This document shows, one piece after another, positions 47,122 to 57,597 of a stretch of DNA of 64,000 nt. Each line of letters starts with the position of its first letter. The stretch's first letter is position 1. Source of the DNA: an uncultured Actinomycetes bacterium. GTDB taxonomy: Bacteria; Actinomycetota; UBA4738; HRBIN12. The notes under the pieces are model-generated. The model was given only the letters and a program-made list of their open reading frames with translations, was not told where the DNA came from and did no database searches. The position numbers were made by a program, and so were the translations under genes. Location: NCBI GenBank assembly GCA_963704725.1, contig OY969934.1:224001-288000 (forward strand), read 5' to 3'.

Positions 47122-47866
47122 GCTCGCCCTCGTCGCGGCGATCCTGCTGATCTGGTGGGCGATCTCGGCCTCCGGGTGGTTCGCGGACTACCTCCTGCCG
47201 ACCCCGGCGGAGGTCTGGCGCGCCATCCGGACGAACTTCTCCGGCGACAGCGGCCTGCTCGTCGCGGCCGAGCGCAGCCTGCTCCGGCTGGCGTTCGGGA
47301 TGGGCGCCGCCGTGGTGGTCGGGACGTTGCTCGGCCTGGCGATGGCGTCCTCGAGCATCGTGCAGCGCAGCATCGGAACCCTCATGACGGGGCTGCAGGC
47401 CCTGCCGTCGATCGCCTGGCTGCCGCTCGCCGTCATCTGGCTCGGCCTCACGGAGCGGGCCATCCTCTTCGTCGTCGTGATCGGCGCCGTGCCGGCCATC
47501 GCCATCGCCACCGCGGCCAGCGTCCGGGTGGTGCCGCCGATCCTGGTGCGGGCGGGGCGAACGCTCGGCGCGCGAGGCTGGAGGCTCTATCGGGACATCG
47601 TGCTGCCGGCGGCGATCCCCGGCTACTGGTCGGGGCTCCAGCAGGGGTGGGCCATCGCGTGGCGGGCGCTGATGGCCGGCGAGCTGATCCAGACCGGCGC
47701 CCGGGGGCTCGGCCACCTGCTCGGCCGGGCGCAGAGCGCCTTCGACACCTCGCTCATCCTCGGCGCGATGGCGATCATCGTGATCATCGGCGTGGCGGTG
47801 GACTATCTGTTCGCGGTCGTGGACCGCAGGATCCGCCGCCGCCGCGGACTGCTCGCCGCCGCGTAG
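47084..47866 (+). CDS. NitT/TauT family ABC permease (SsuC-like)
   Basis: LQALPSIAWLPLA, WRALMAGEL; N-terminal TM helix needs a start upstream of ATG 47300, probably CTG 47084 after GGGAGG. Confidence 0.88.
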   Translation: MRARRVLDRIWPRLALVAAILLIWWAISASGWFADYLLPTPAEVWRAIRTNFSGDSGLLVAAERSLLRLAFGMGAAVVVGTLLGLAMASSSIVQRSIGTLMTGLQALPSIAWLPLAVIWLGLTERAILFVVVIGAVPAIAIATAASVRVVPPILVRAGRTLGARGWRLYRDIVLPAAIPGYWSGLQQGWAIAWRALMAGELIQTGARGLGHLLGRAQSAFDTSLILGAMAIIVIIGVAVDYLFAVVDRRIRRRRGLLAAA

Positions 47867-47897
47867 CCGCTCGAGGTCGGGCGCTATCGTTCCCCCG

Positions 47898-48839
47898 ATG
47901 GATCGGAACCACACCCTGCCGTTCGCGTTGCTCCTGATCGGCGTGGGGGTGCTGCTCCTCCTGCGGCAGGCCGACGTCATCTCCGAGGACGTGAGCCTGC
48001 TGCCCATCGTGCTGATGGGCGTCGGGGGCTACCTGCTGATCGAACGGGTCGTCGCCGGCGGGCGAGGCGGGGCGGGGTTCGTCGTCCCGCTCGTCCTCGT
48101 CGCGATCGGTCTCGGCGCGCTGCTGCGGGACACCGGCACGATCGACGACGACGACGCGGTGGTCGCGATGGTTGCCATCGCGATCGGGGTTGGGCTCATC
48201 CTCGGGGCGTTCCCGTCGCGACACCGGGGCGCTCAGGAGCGGGCGGAGGTCGCGCTCGCCGGCGCGACCCGCGCCCGCGTGGAGATCGACCACGGCGCCG
48301 GCGAGCTTCGGATCCGGTCCCATCCGGGCGCCGGGAATCTCGTCGAGGGGACGTTCCTCGGCGGTGTCGACGTCCGCCAGCAGCGCGAAGGCGACCTGCT
48401 CGACGTCACGCTGCGGGCGAGGCCCTGGGGGATCCCGTGGTCGCGCCCCGGCCGGCTCGACTGGTCGGTCACGTTCGCGCGGCAGGTGCCCCTCGACCTG
48501 ACCTTGAAGACCGGCGCCAGCAGGACCGAGGCCGACCTGTCGGACATGCTCGTGGAGGCGCTGAGGATCGACACCGGGGCGAGCAGCACGCGTGTGACGA
48601 TCCCGGGCAGCGGCCGGCCGCAGGTGCGGATCCACGGTGGCGCCGCGGAGATCCGGGTGCGGGTTCCCGACCGGATGGCCGCCGAGATCGAGGTTCGGGG
48701 TGGTCTGTCGAGCGTCCGGGTCGACGAGGTCCGGTTCCCCCGATCCGGCGGCGTGTACCGCTCGGCCGACTACGACGAGGCGCCCGGCCGCGCCGACATC
48801 GTGATCGAGGCCGGCGCGGCGAACATCGAGGTTTCCTAG
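47898..48839 (+). CDS. Membrane protein with LiaF/LiaI-like TM region and beta-helix (toast-rack-like) C-terminal domain
   Basis: 4 TM segments followed by repeated I..GA motifs. Confidence 0.7.
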   Translation: MDRNHTLPFALLLIGVGVLLLLRQADVISEDVSLLPIVLMGVGGYLLIERVVAGGRGGAGFVVPLVLVAIGLGALLRDTGTIDDDDAVVAMVAIAIGVGLILGAFPSRHRGAQERAEVALAGATRARVEIDHGAGELRIRSHPGAGNLVEGTFLGGVDVRQQREGDLLDVTLRARPWGIPWSRPGRLDWSVTFARQVPLDLTLKTGASRTEADLSDMLVEALRIDTGASSTRVTIPGSGRPQVRIHGGAAEIRVRVPDRMAAEIEVRGGLSSVRVDEVRFPRSGGVYRSADYDEAPGRADIVIEAGAANIEVS

Positions 48840-48849
48840 CCCTCCGCGG

Positions 48850-50181
48850 TCAGGCGACGCCGGCGCGGCGCAGGGCGTCCGTGCGGGCCCGCTCGGTGAG
48901 CTCGGCGAGGCCGTCGGAGACCCGCGGGACCAGCGGCTCCGGGTCGAGGACCCGTCTCGAGGGCTCGGGGAGGCGCTCGAGGTCGGCCCGGAACAGGGCC
49001 CGAGCCGTCTCGAGGGGACGGTGTGGCCCGGTTCGCTCCCCCGCCCGCATCACCGGCACGAGCAGCGGCTCGTGGCCCGCCGGCAGGGGCTCCTCGCGCA
49101 GGCCGATCGTGTCGGCGTCGGGCCCCCGGAACACCTGTTTGCGTCCCGGGACCGAGGTCTTGTTCGGCGAGAGCTTCATCATCGGGCGGCCGTCGTACTC
49201 GACGAGCTTGTAGGCCGAGTCGAGGTAGGGCGCGTCGGCCGAGACCCCGATCCGCGTCCCAACGCCGAACGCGTCGATCGGCGCGCCGGCGCGGACGAGC
49301 CGGTCGACCTCGAACTCGTCCAGGCCGCCGCTGGCGAAGATCCGCACCGACGACAGGCCGGCTTCGTCCAGGATGGCCCGGCTCTCGTGCGCCAACGCCT
49401 CGAGGTCGCCGCTGTCCAGGCGGACGCCCAGGTTGCCGTCGAGGCCGAGCTCGCGGATGACTTCGACGGCCGTCCGCACCCCGTTCAGCGTGTCGAACGT
49501 GTCCACCAGGAACGTGGTGCGTCCCGGGAAGTCGCGGGCGAACGTGCGGAAGGCCTCGGCCTCGCTGTCGAAGGACGCGATGTAGGAGTGCGCCATCGTC
49601 CCGGCCACGCGCAGGCCGAAGCTCCGCGCGGCCTCCACGTTGCTCGTCGCCGCGAACCCGACGATCGAGCTCACCCGGGCGACGTTCATGGCCGCGTCGA
49701 GACCCTGGGTCCGCCGGAGCGAGAAGTCCACGACGTCGCGGCCGTCCGCCGCGATCACGCATCGCGCGGCCTTGGACGCGATCGTCGTCTGGAACGTGAT
49801 CTGGTTCAGCAGGTAGGGCTCGACGAGCTGGGCGACCGCGATCGGGGCGGTGATCTCGAGCAGGGGCTCGCCGGCGTGGACGATCCGACCCTCCGGGACC
49901 GCCCACACGTCACCCTCGAACCGCAGGCCGGCGAACGCATCGAGCACGTCGGGGGGGAACTCCAGCTCCCGGCCCAGGTAGTCCAGATCCGACTCGGCGA
50001 ACCCGAACCCGTCCAGGAACTCGAGACAGGGGTCGAGACCGGCGGCGACGAGGAACCCTCGCCCCGGCGGCAGGTCGCGGACGAAAAGGCTGAAGGTGGC
50101 CTCCTGCCGCATGCCGCGTCGGAGGTAGCTCGCGGCCATGTTGAGCTCGTACAGGTCGGTGAGCAGGCCCCCCGGCGGCAT
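48850..50181 (-). CDS. pncB: Nicotinate phosphoribosyltransferase
   Basis: LLTDLYELNM, GTMAHS, LVDTFD, GVRLDSGD, AYKLVEY. Confidence 0.95.
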   Translation of the reverse strand: MPPGGLLTDLYELNMAASYLRRGMRQEATFSLFVRDLPPGRGFLVAAGLDPCLEFLDGFGFAESDLDYLGRELEFPPDVLDAFAGLRFEGDVWAVPEGRIVHAGEPLLEITAPIAVAQLVEPYLLNQITFQTTIASKAARCVIAADGRDVVDFSLRRTQGLDAAMNVARVSSIVGFAATSNVEAARSFGLRVAGTMAHSYIASFDSEAEAFRTFARDFPGRTTFLVDTFDTLNGVRTAVEVIRELGLDGNLGVRLDSGDLEALAHESRAILDEAGLSSVRIFASGGLDEFEVDRLVRAGAPIDAFGVGTRIGVSADAPYLDSAYKLVEYDGRPMMKLSPNKTSVPGRKQVFRGPDADTIGLREEPLPAGHEPLLVPVMRAGERTGPHRPLETARALFRADLERLPEPSRRVLDPEPLVPRVSDGLAELTERARTDALRRAGVA

Positions 50182-50343
50182 GGCGCCAGCGTACGCGAAC
50201 CGGATGCCGGGCAGGGCGCGCCTCCGTCCCGTCGAACCGACGCGCCGGGCGCTGGACGGGCCGGCAACGTCGTAGGTCCCCTCGTTCGCCCGCCCTTGGG
50301 CCCGGGGGGTACGGTTGCCGGACGTGGAAACTTCCGTGCGGAG

Positions 50344-51456
50344 GTGACCGGCTTGAGGTACCTCGACCGAACCGGGCTCGACGGGCTCCTGCGCGCGCTC
50401 GTCGACGCCGGCTACGACCTGATCGGCCCGACCGTCCGGGACGGCGCGATCGTGCTCGACCACCTCGACGGCGCCTCGGACCTGCCGGCCGGCGTCGGCG
50501 AGGAGCAGGCGCCCGGCAGGTACCGGCTCACGAGCCGCGACGACGACCGGATGTTCGGATGGGCCCACGGGCCCGATGCCGGCAAGCGTTTCCTGTTCCC
50601 CCCGCGAGAGCTGCTCGCGACGGTGGCGCGCTCGAACGGCTCGATGCAGGTCGAATCCCCGCCGGAGGACCCCAGGCCCTTCGCGTTCGTGGGGCTTCGC
50701 TCATGCGACCTGCACGCCATCGCCGTGCAGGATCGGGTCTTCATGGACCTCGACCCCGCCTACCGGCGACGCCGGGAGGGAGCGGTCTTCGTCGGCGTCA
50801 ACTGCGAGGAACCCGGGTCGACGTGCTTCTGCGTCTCGATGAACACGGGACCGCGGTGCACGGCCGGCTTCGACCTCGCGCTCACCGAGCTCGACGACGG
50901 CTTCGTCGTCGAGGTGGGCACCCCCCGCGGGGAGGAGCTGCTCGCCTCCGTCCCCACGCGCGAGACCTCGTCGGAGGAGTCGGCGGCGCCCGAACGGGTG
51001 GCGGCCGTCGCCTCGACCCGGATGGGACGTGAGCTCGAGACCTCCGACATGCCGAACCTGCTCTACCGCAACCGGACCCACCCGCGGTGGGACGACGTGG
51101 CGGCCCGGTGCCTGGCCTGCGGGAACTGCACGAACGTCTGCCCCACGTGCTTCTGCCACGACGTCGTCGACGGCGTGTCGCTCTCCGGCGACGTCGCCAC
51201 GAGGACCCGGGAATGGGCGACCTGCTTCAGCGCCGAGTACTCGTGGACGGCCGGCGAGGTCGTCCGTCACACGCACGTCGGGCGGTACCGGCAGTGGCTC
51301 ACGCACAAGTTCGCCTCCTGGATCGACCAGTACGGCACGAGCGGCTGCGTCGGTTGCGGGCGCTGCATCACCTGGTGCCCGGTCGGGATCGACGTGACCG
51401 AGGAGATCGCGGCGATCCGAGCCACCGACGGCGAGGTCAAGGCGGTGAGCGCATGA
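50344..51456 (+). CDS. Group 3b [NiFe]-hydrogenase beta (Fe-S) subunit
   Basis: CLACGNCTNVCPTCFC, YRQWLTHK, CVGCGRCITWCPVGID. Confidence 0.92.
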   Translation: MTGLRYLDRTGLDGLLRALVDAGYDLIGPTVRDGAIVLDHLDGASDLPAGVGEEQAPGRYRLTSRDDDRMFGWAHGPDAGKRFLFPPRELLATVARSNGSMQVESPPEDPRPFAFVGLRSCDLHAIAVQDRVFMDLDPAYRRRREGAVFVGVNCEEPGSTCFCVSMNTGPRCTAGFDLALTELDDGFVVEVGTPRGEELLASVPTRETSSEESAAPERVAAVASTRMGRELETSDMPNLLYRNRTHPRWDDVAARCLACGNCTNVCPTCFCHDVVDGVSLSGDVATRTREWATCFSAEYSWTAGEVVRHTHVGRYRQWLTHKFASWIDQYGTSGCVGCGRCITWCPVGIDVTEEIAAIRATDGEVKAVSA

Positions 51457-52328
51457 GCGCGACCGACGTTCGCGACGTCCGTTCGACCCAGCCCGAGGGC
51501 GGCCCCACCCGGATCGCGGTGATCAACCGCGTCGTGCAGGAGACGCCGGAGTCGGCCACCTACTGGTGCAACTTCCGCGGCCGCGAGGGCGACGGGTACG
51601 AGTTCCAGCCGGGGCAGTTCAACATGGTCTACCTGTTCGGCGTGGGCGAGGTCGCCATCTCGATCTCATCCGACCCCGCGCATCCCCAGCGCCTCGGCCA
51701 CACGATCCGAGCCGCCGGGAGGGTCACCGACGCGCTCTCGCAGGTCAAGCCCGGCGACGAGATCGGGATCCGCGGCCCGTTCGGCCGCCCGTGGCCGCTG
51801 CGCGAGGCCGAGGGCGAGGACCTCCTCGTGATCGCCGGCGGCGTCGGCGTGTGTCCGGTGCGACCCGCGATCGAGTACGCGATGCGGCACCGCGACCGCT
51901 ACCGGCGGCTGATCCTGCTGATGGGGGCGCGGACGCCCGACCTGCTGCCCTATCGCATCGAGCTCGACACGTGGGAGGCCGTGATGGAGCACCTCCGCGT
52001 CGAGCTGCACCTCACCGTCGACCAGAAGGACGACACCTGGCCGTACCAGGAGGGCGTGGTCACGACGCTGTTCCCCAAGGCGAACATCGACCCGGAGCAC
52101 ACCACCGCGATGGTGTGCGGCCCCGAGATCATGATGCGATTCGCCGGCAGGGGACTGCTCGAGCTCGGCATGCCGCAGGAGCGGATCTGGATCTCGATGG
52201 AGCGCCACATGCAGTGCGGGATCCAGCTCTGCGGGCACTGTCAGCTCGGCCCCTGGTTCGTGTGCTCGGACGGGCCGGTCTTCCGATACGACACGATCCG
52301 CGAGCTGATGGAGGTGCGCGAGCTGTGA
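51453..52328 (+). CDS. Group 3b hydrogenase gamma (FAD/NAD(P)-binding) subunit
   Basis: PGQFNM, RGPFG, AGGVG, CGPEIMM, CGIQLCGHC...CSDGPV. Confidence 0.92.
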   Translation: MSATDVRDVRSTQPEGGPTRIAVINRVVQETPESATYWCNFRGREGDGYEFQPGQFNMVYLFGVGEVAISISSDPAHPQRLGHTIRAAGRVTDALSQVKPGDEIGIRGPFGRPWPLREAEGEDLLVIAGGVGVCPVRPAIEYAMRHRDRYRRLILLMGARTPDLLPYRIELDTWEAVMEHLRVELHLTVDQKDDTWPYQEGVVTTLFPKANIDPEHTTAMVCGPEIMMRFAGRGLLELGMPQERIWISMERHMQCGIQLCGHCQLGPWFVCSDGPVFRYDTIRELMEVREL

Positions 52329-53119
52329 GCGAAAACGGCAAGCCGCGCGTCGCGGTCTTCAAGATGGCCTCGTGCGACGGGTGCCAGCTCCAGCTCCTCG
52401 ACGCCGAGGAGGCCCTGCTCGAGCTGGCCGGCGCGATCGACATCGTCAACTTCGCGGAGGCCTCGAGCCACATCGAGCCCGGCCCGTACGACGTGACGCT
52501 CGTGGAGGGGTCCGTCTCGACGCCCGAGCTCGTCGAGCAGATCCGCGAGATCCGCGAGCAGTCCAAGGTCCTGATCACGATCGGGGCCTGCGCCACGAGC
52601 GGCGGCGTCCAGGCGCTGCGAAACGCCACCGGCAAGCACGAGGAGTTCATCCGGACGGTCTACCCGACGCCCGAGTACATCCACTCGCTCGAGGACTCGC
52701 ACCCGATCTCGGACTACGTGAAGGTCGATCTGCAGCTCACCGGCTGTCCCGTGGATCGTGGCGAGCTGCTGGGCGCGATCTCGTTCCTGCTCCGGGGCGC
52801 GATGCCGCGCGTGTCCACGTCGCCGGTGTGCGTCGAGTGCAAGCGGCGCGGCTACGTGTGCGTGGTCGTGGCCAAGGGCGAGCCGTGCCTGGGGCCGGTC
52901 ACGAGGACCGGGTGCGGGGCGCTCTGCCCCGGATTCGGCCGGGGGTGCTACGGGTGCTTCGGCCCGGCGCAGGAGCCCGGGAACACGGACGCGCTGGGCC
53001 GCCGGTTCATCGACCTCGGGCTGACGCCGAAGGATGCGTCCGACCGGTTCCGGTTCATCACCGGGTGGGCCCCGCCGTTCCGCGAGGCCGCCGATCATCT
53101 CGAGGAGGCGGCCCGATGA
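52325..53119 (+). CDS. Group 3b hydrogenase small (delta) subunit
   Basis: ASCDGCQ, VEGS, GACATSGG, GCP, CLGPVT..GCGALCP...GCYGC. Confidence 0.93.
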   Translation: MSENGKPRVAVFKMASCDGCQLQLLDAEEALLELAGAIDIVNFAEASSHIEPGPYDVTLVEGSVSTPELVEQIREIREQSKVLITIGACATSGGVQALRNATGKHEEFIRTVYPTPEYIHSLEDSHPISDYVKVDLQLTGCPVDRGELLGAISFLLRGAMPRVSTSPVCVECKRRGYVCVVVAKGEPCLGPVTRTGCGALCPGFGRGCYGCFGPAQEPGNTDALGRRFIDLGLTPKDASDRFRFITGWAPPFREAADHLEEAAR

Positions 53120-54408
53120 CGCACCGGTCGGTGGAGGTTCCCGTCATCGCGCGGGTCGAGGGCGAGGGCGCGCTGCACATCGCCGTGGACGACGGCCAGA
53201 TCACCGATCTGCGCCTGGAGATCTACGAGCCGCCGCGGTTCTTCGAGGCGTTCCTTGCGGGACGGCACTTCTCGGAGGTCCCGGACATCGTGCCGCGCAT
53301 CTGCGGCATCTGCCCGGTGGCCTACCAGATGAGCGCGGTCCACGGGCTGGAGCGGCTGTTCGGCACGCAGGTCCCCGAGGGCACCCACGAGCTCCGGCGG
53401 CTCCTGTACTGCGGCGAGTGGATCGAGAGCCACGTCCTCCACATCTTCCTGCTGGCGGCGCCGGACTTCCTCGGGCTCCCCAACGCGATCGAGCTGGCCA
53501 AGACCCAGCCCGATCTTGTGAAGATGGCGCTCGACATCAAGCGGGTCGGCAACGACCTCATGGCGGCCATCGGCGGCCGCGAGATCCACCCGGTCTCGCC
53601 CCGCGTGGGCGGCTTCTCCCGGGCCCCGCGCAAGCGCGACCTCGCGCCGTTCGTCCCGCGCCTGGAGTGGGCGCTCGAGCAGATGCCCGCCATCGCCGAC
53701 GTCATCGCCTCGCTGCCGGCGCCCTCGTTCCCCAGGCCGGCCGAGATGGTCTCGATGGTGAACGAGACCGAGTACCCGATCAACGTCGGCGGCATGGGCT
53801 CGACGAACGGCCGTTCGTGGGACGCGACCACGCACGAGCAGGTGACGAACGAGGTGCACGTCGAGCACTCGAACGCGCTGCACTCGCTCATGACGGACAC
53901 CCAGACCCCGTACTTCCTCGGCCCGCTGGCGCGCGTGAACCTGAACGCATCGCTCCTCACGCCCGTGGCCCGCGAGGTCGCCGAGCGGGCCGGCCTGCGC
54001 GTCCCGGAGAGCGACCCGTTCTTCTCGATGGCGGCTCGGGCCGCCGAGACGACGTTGGCGATCGAGGAGTCGATCCGGATCATCACCGCGTACGAGCCGC
54101 CCGAGCCGCCGATGGTGCAGCCGGAGCCCGTGGCGGGGCGGGCGATGTGGTCGACGGAGGCCCCGCGCGGAACGCTCTACCACCGCTACGACGTCGCCTC
54201 CGACGGCACGATCCTGGCCGCGAAGATCGTCCCGCCCACCTCTCAGAACCTCCGCCACATGGAGGAGGACCTGCGGGCGTTCCTGCCGGGCGTGCTCGAT
54301 CTCCCGGACGAGGACCTCACGCGGCAGTGCGAGATGGTCGTGCGCAACTACGACCCGTGCATCAGCTGCGCCACGCACTTCCTCCGTCTCGACATCCAGC
54401 GCTCGTAG
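53116..54408 (+). CDS. Group 3b [NiFe]-hydrogenase large (alpha) subunit
   Basis: RVEGEG, L1 RICGICPVAY, L2 DPCISCATH plus short cleavable tail. Confidence 0.95.
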   Translation: MTHRSVEVPVIARVEGEGALHIAVDDGQITDLRLEIYEPPRFFEAFLAGRHFSEVPDIVPRICGICPVAYQMSAVHGLERLFGTQVPEGTHELRRLLYCGEWIESHVLHIFLLAAPDFLGLPNAIELAKTQPDLVKMALDIKRVGNDLMAAIGGREIHPVSPRVGGFSRAPRKRDLAPFVPRLEWALEQMPAIADVIASLPAPSFPRPAEMVSMVNETEYPINVGGMGSTNGRSWDATTHEQVTNEVHVEHSNALHSLMTDTQTPYFLGPLARVNLNASLLTPVAREVAERAGLRVPESDPFFSMAARAAETTLAIEESIRIITAYEPPEPPMVQPEPVAGRAMWSTEAPRGTLYHRYDVASDGTILAAKIVPPTSQNLRHMEEDLRAFLPGVLDLPDEDLTRQCEMVVRNYDPCISCATHFLRLDIQRS

Positions 54409-54418
54409 CCTGGCCGGG

Positions 54419-54967
54419 ATGGCCCTCGTCCGCGTGATCGGTTGTGGCAATCCCGACGCCGGCGACGACGCCGTCGGGATCCTGGCGGTCGGCCGGGCGC
54501 GTGCGGCGCTCGAGGCGCTGGCCGGGGTCGAGGTGGTCGCCCGCGCCGAGCCGCTCGCGGTCGTCCATCTCCTGGAGGGGGTCGACGCGGTGCTCGTCGT
54601 CGACGCCATCCGCTCGCCGGGCTCGGGCCGGCCGGTCGGCGCGCTCGTGCGGGCCGAGTCGGGGCCGGAGGGCCTGCCCGCCGAGCTCCGCTCCTCGCTC
54701 TCCACGCACGGCCTGGGGGTGGTCGAGGCGGTTGGGCTGGCGGCCGCGATCGGCGCCGCCCCCCGCGTCGTGGTGCTCGGCGTCGAGGCCGGGGAGACGG
54801 GCGTGGGCAGGCCCCTGTCGGAAGCGGTCGAGCAGGGCCTTCCCCGGCTCACCGAGCGGATCGTGGCCGAGGCGACCTCCCTGGCGGGGTCCCTCCATGA
54901 GGTCGAACGCTCCCCCGCAGAGGGGTCGACCGGCCCGGGCCGGTCCGACGGGCTGGAACGACCATGA
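54419..54967 (+). CDS. Hydrogenase maturation protease
   Basis: GCGNPDAGDDAVG, VVDA, STHGLG. Confidence 0.92.
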   Translation: MALVRVIGCGNPDAGDDAVGILAVGRARAALEALAGVEVVARAEPLAVVHLLEGVDAVLVVDAIRSPGSGRPVGALVRAESGPEGLPAELRSSLSTHGLGVVEAVGLAAAIGAAPRVVVLGVEAGETGVGRPLSEAVEQGLPRLTERIVAEATSLAGSLHEVERSPAEGSTGPGRSDGLERP

Positions 54968-57283
54968 ACCCGGAACCGACCAGCGGAGGTCACTCGGTGG
55001 CACCGAAGACCACGTCGAAGCCGCACGACGGCTCCGACCTCGCGCGCGAGGTCGAGGTCATCGGCGTGGTGCAGGGCGTGGGGTTCCGGCCGTTCGTCTG
55101 GCGCCTCGCCACCCGAGGGGGCCTGACGGGGCGCGTCCGGAACAAGAGCGGGGTGGTCGAGATCCTCGTGGAGGGCTCGCGAGGTTCGGTCGAGGAGTTC
55201 TGCAACTCGCTCGAGACCGAGGCGCCCGCGCTGGCCAACATCGAGGCGGTCTGCTGGCGGGAGGTCTCGCCCGTCGGGTTCACGAGCTTCGAGGTGGAGG
55301 ACAGCGTGGCCCGTCCCGGGGGGGAGCGGCTCATCTCGCCGGACGTCGCCACGTGCGACAACTGCCTGCGCGAGCTGCTCGACCCCAAGGACCGCCGCTA
55401 CCGGTACCCGTTCATCAACTGCACCGACTGCGGACCACGCTTCACGATCATCGAGTCGCTGCCCTACGACCGTGAGCGCACGAGCATGCGGACCTTCCCG
55501 CTGTGCCAGACCTGCGCGAGCGAGTACCTCGACCCGAGCGACCGCCGGTTCCACGCCGAGCCGATCGCCTGCCGCGAGTGCGGACCGACGCTGGAGCTGG
55601 TCGACGCGCGGGGCAAGCCGGTCGAGGGCGATCCGATCGAGGAGGCCGCCCGGTTGATCTCGCAGGGGCGGATCGTCGCGCTGAAGGGGCTCGGCGGGTT
55701 CCACCTGGCCTGCGACGCCACGAACGAGACCGCGGTGGCCACGCTGCGCGAGCGCAAGCGCCGGCCCCACAAGCCCTTCGCCGTCATGGTGACCGATCTC
55801 GCCGAGGCCAAGGCGAGGTTCGATCCCACCTCCGACGAGGAGGTCGCGCTGTCCTCGTCGCACGCCCCGATCGTGCTCGTCAAGGACCGGGGAACGCTCG
55901 CCCCGTCGGTCGCGCCGAAGCATCGCCGCCAGGGCGCCATGCTGCCCTCGACGCCGCTGCACCACCTGCTGCTCCGCGCCGTGTCCCGCCCCCTCGTGAT
56001 GACGAGCGGGAACCGGAGCGAGGAGCCGATCTGCATCACGAACGACGAGGCGCTGCAGCAGCTCGAGGGGATCGCGGACGCGTTCCTCGTCCACGATCGC
56101 GAGATCGTGGCGCGCTACGACGACAGCGTGGTGCGGGTGTGGCGCTCCGACACCGTGGCGATGCGGCGGGCTCGGAGCCTGGCGCCCTCGCCGCTCAAGC
56201 TCGGCGTCGACGTCGTCCCGACGCTCGGCACCGGCGCCGAGCTCCACGGTGCGTTCTGCCTCGCCGCCGGGACCAGGGCGTATCTCTCGCAGCACATCGG
56301 CGACCTCGAGACCGAGGAGGCGATGGCGGCGTACCGCGACGCGCTCGAGCGGTACGAGCGCCTGTTCGGCGTCGAGCCCGAGGTCGTCGCCCACGACCTC
56401 CACCCGGACTTCCTGACCACGCGCTTCGCCGAGGAGCTCGGCATCCCGACCGTCGGGGTCCAGCACCACCACGCGCACGTCGCCTCGGTGATGGCCGAGC
56501 ACCAGCTCGAGGGCCGTGTGATCGGGGTCGCCTTCGACGGGTTCGGGCTGGGGACCGACGGGAGCGCCTGGGGCGGCGAGTTCTTCGCCTGCGACGCCGC
56601 CTCGGCGGACCGGATCGGCCACCTGCGCGCGGTCCCGCTTCCGGGCGGCGACGCCGCGGTTCGCAACCCCTGGCGGATGGCGCTGGCACACGCGGAGGAC
56701 GCCGGCGTCGCCGACAAGGCGATGGCCCTGCTCGCGCCGCACGAGGAGGAGGCAGAGCTCGTCCTGCAGCAGCTGCGCTCGGGGACGGCGGTGCCGATGA
56801 CGTCGTCCGCGCGGGCGGCTCTTCGACGCGGTGGCCGCGCTGGCCGGGCTGGCCGACGTCGCCACGTACGAGGGGCACCCGGCGATGCTTCTGGAGGAGG
56901 CCGCCGAGTGCGGCGCGACCCGCGAGTACGGGTTCGAGGTCGTCGCCGGAAACGGCGGGCTGATCCTCGATACCCGGCCCATCGTGGTCGCGGTAGTGAA
57001 GGACCTCCGACGGGGCCGGCCCGCCGGCGAGGTCGCCGGCCGCTTCCACCGGACGATGACGGCCGCGATCCTGGAGGTCTGCCGGGCGATCCGGGGGATG
57101 ACCGGGCTGGGCCGCGTGTGCCTGTCCGGGGGCGTGTTCAACAACGACCTGCTGACCTCGGATCTGGTGGCCCGCCTCGAGACCGTCGGCCTCGAGGTCT
57201 TCCTTCCTCGGCACGCGCCCACGGGCGACGGGGGCATCGCCCTCGGCCAGGTGCTCGTCGCCGACGCGACCGTGGCACACTAG
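54964..57283 (+). CDS. hypF: Carbamoyltransferase HypF; apparent +1 frameshift near 56812
   Basis: [11 protein letters not shown], zinc fingers, QHHHAH; TSSA/GRLFDA motif broken by one extra base; GDGGIALGQ at the end of the second frame. Confidence 0.93.
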
Positions 57284-57291
57284 GGCAACCC

Positions 57292-57597
57292 ATGTGCCTC
57301 GGCGTTCCCGGCAAAGTCGTCGACATCTTCCAGCAGGACGGCATCCGCATGGGCACCGTGGACTTCGGCGGCATCACGCGGAGCGCGTGCCTGGAGTACG
57401 CGCCCGAGGTCGACCTCGGCAGCTACGTGGTGATCCATGTGGGGTTCGCCATCTCAGTCGTCGACGAGGAGGAGGCGGCCCGCTCCTACGAGCTCCTGGC
57501 GGAGATGGGCAACCTGGAGGACATCGACCTGCCCCAGACCGCCGAGGGCGTCCCGGCCGAGCACTACCGGCCGACCGGAGGGACCGCCGGCCGGTGA
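57292..57597 (+). CDS. hypC: Hydrogenase assembly chaperone HypC
   Basis: MCLGVPG N-terminus, IHVGFAI. Confidence 0.96.
   Translation: MCLGVPGKVVDIFQQDGIRMGTVDFGGITRSACLEYAPEVDLGSYVVIHVGFAISVVDEEEAARSYELLAEMGNLEDIDLPQTAEGVPAEHYRPTGGTAGR

Noticed and set aside
53116-54408. Possible [NiFeSe] hydrogenase
   Set aside because: L2 motif is DPCISC with ordinary Cys codons and no in-frame TGA
53095-57237. 1380-aa minus-strand ORF and other long overlapping ORFs (e.g. 36808-39756, 28262-30682)
   Set aside because: Antisense or off-frame shadows of real genes, expected at this GC content; Arg/Pro/Gly-rich with no recognisable motifs
54964-57597. 877-aa apparent HypF-HypC fusion in the ORF track
   Set aside because: Caused by one extra base near 56812; the HypF C-terminus is in another frame ending at 57283, and HypC needs its own free N-terminal Cys (ATG 57292)
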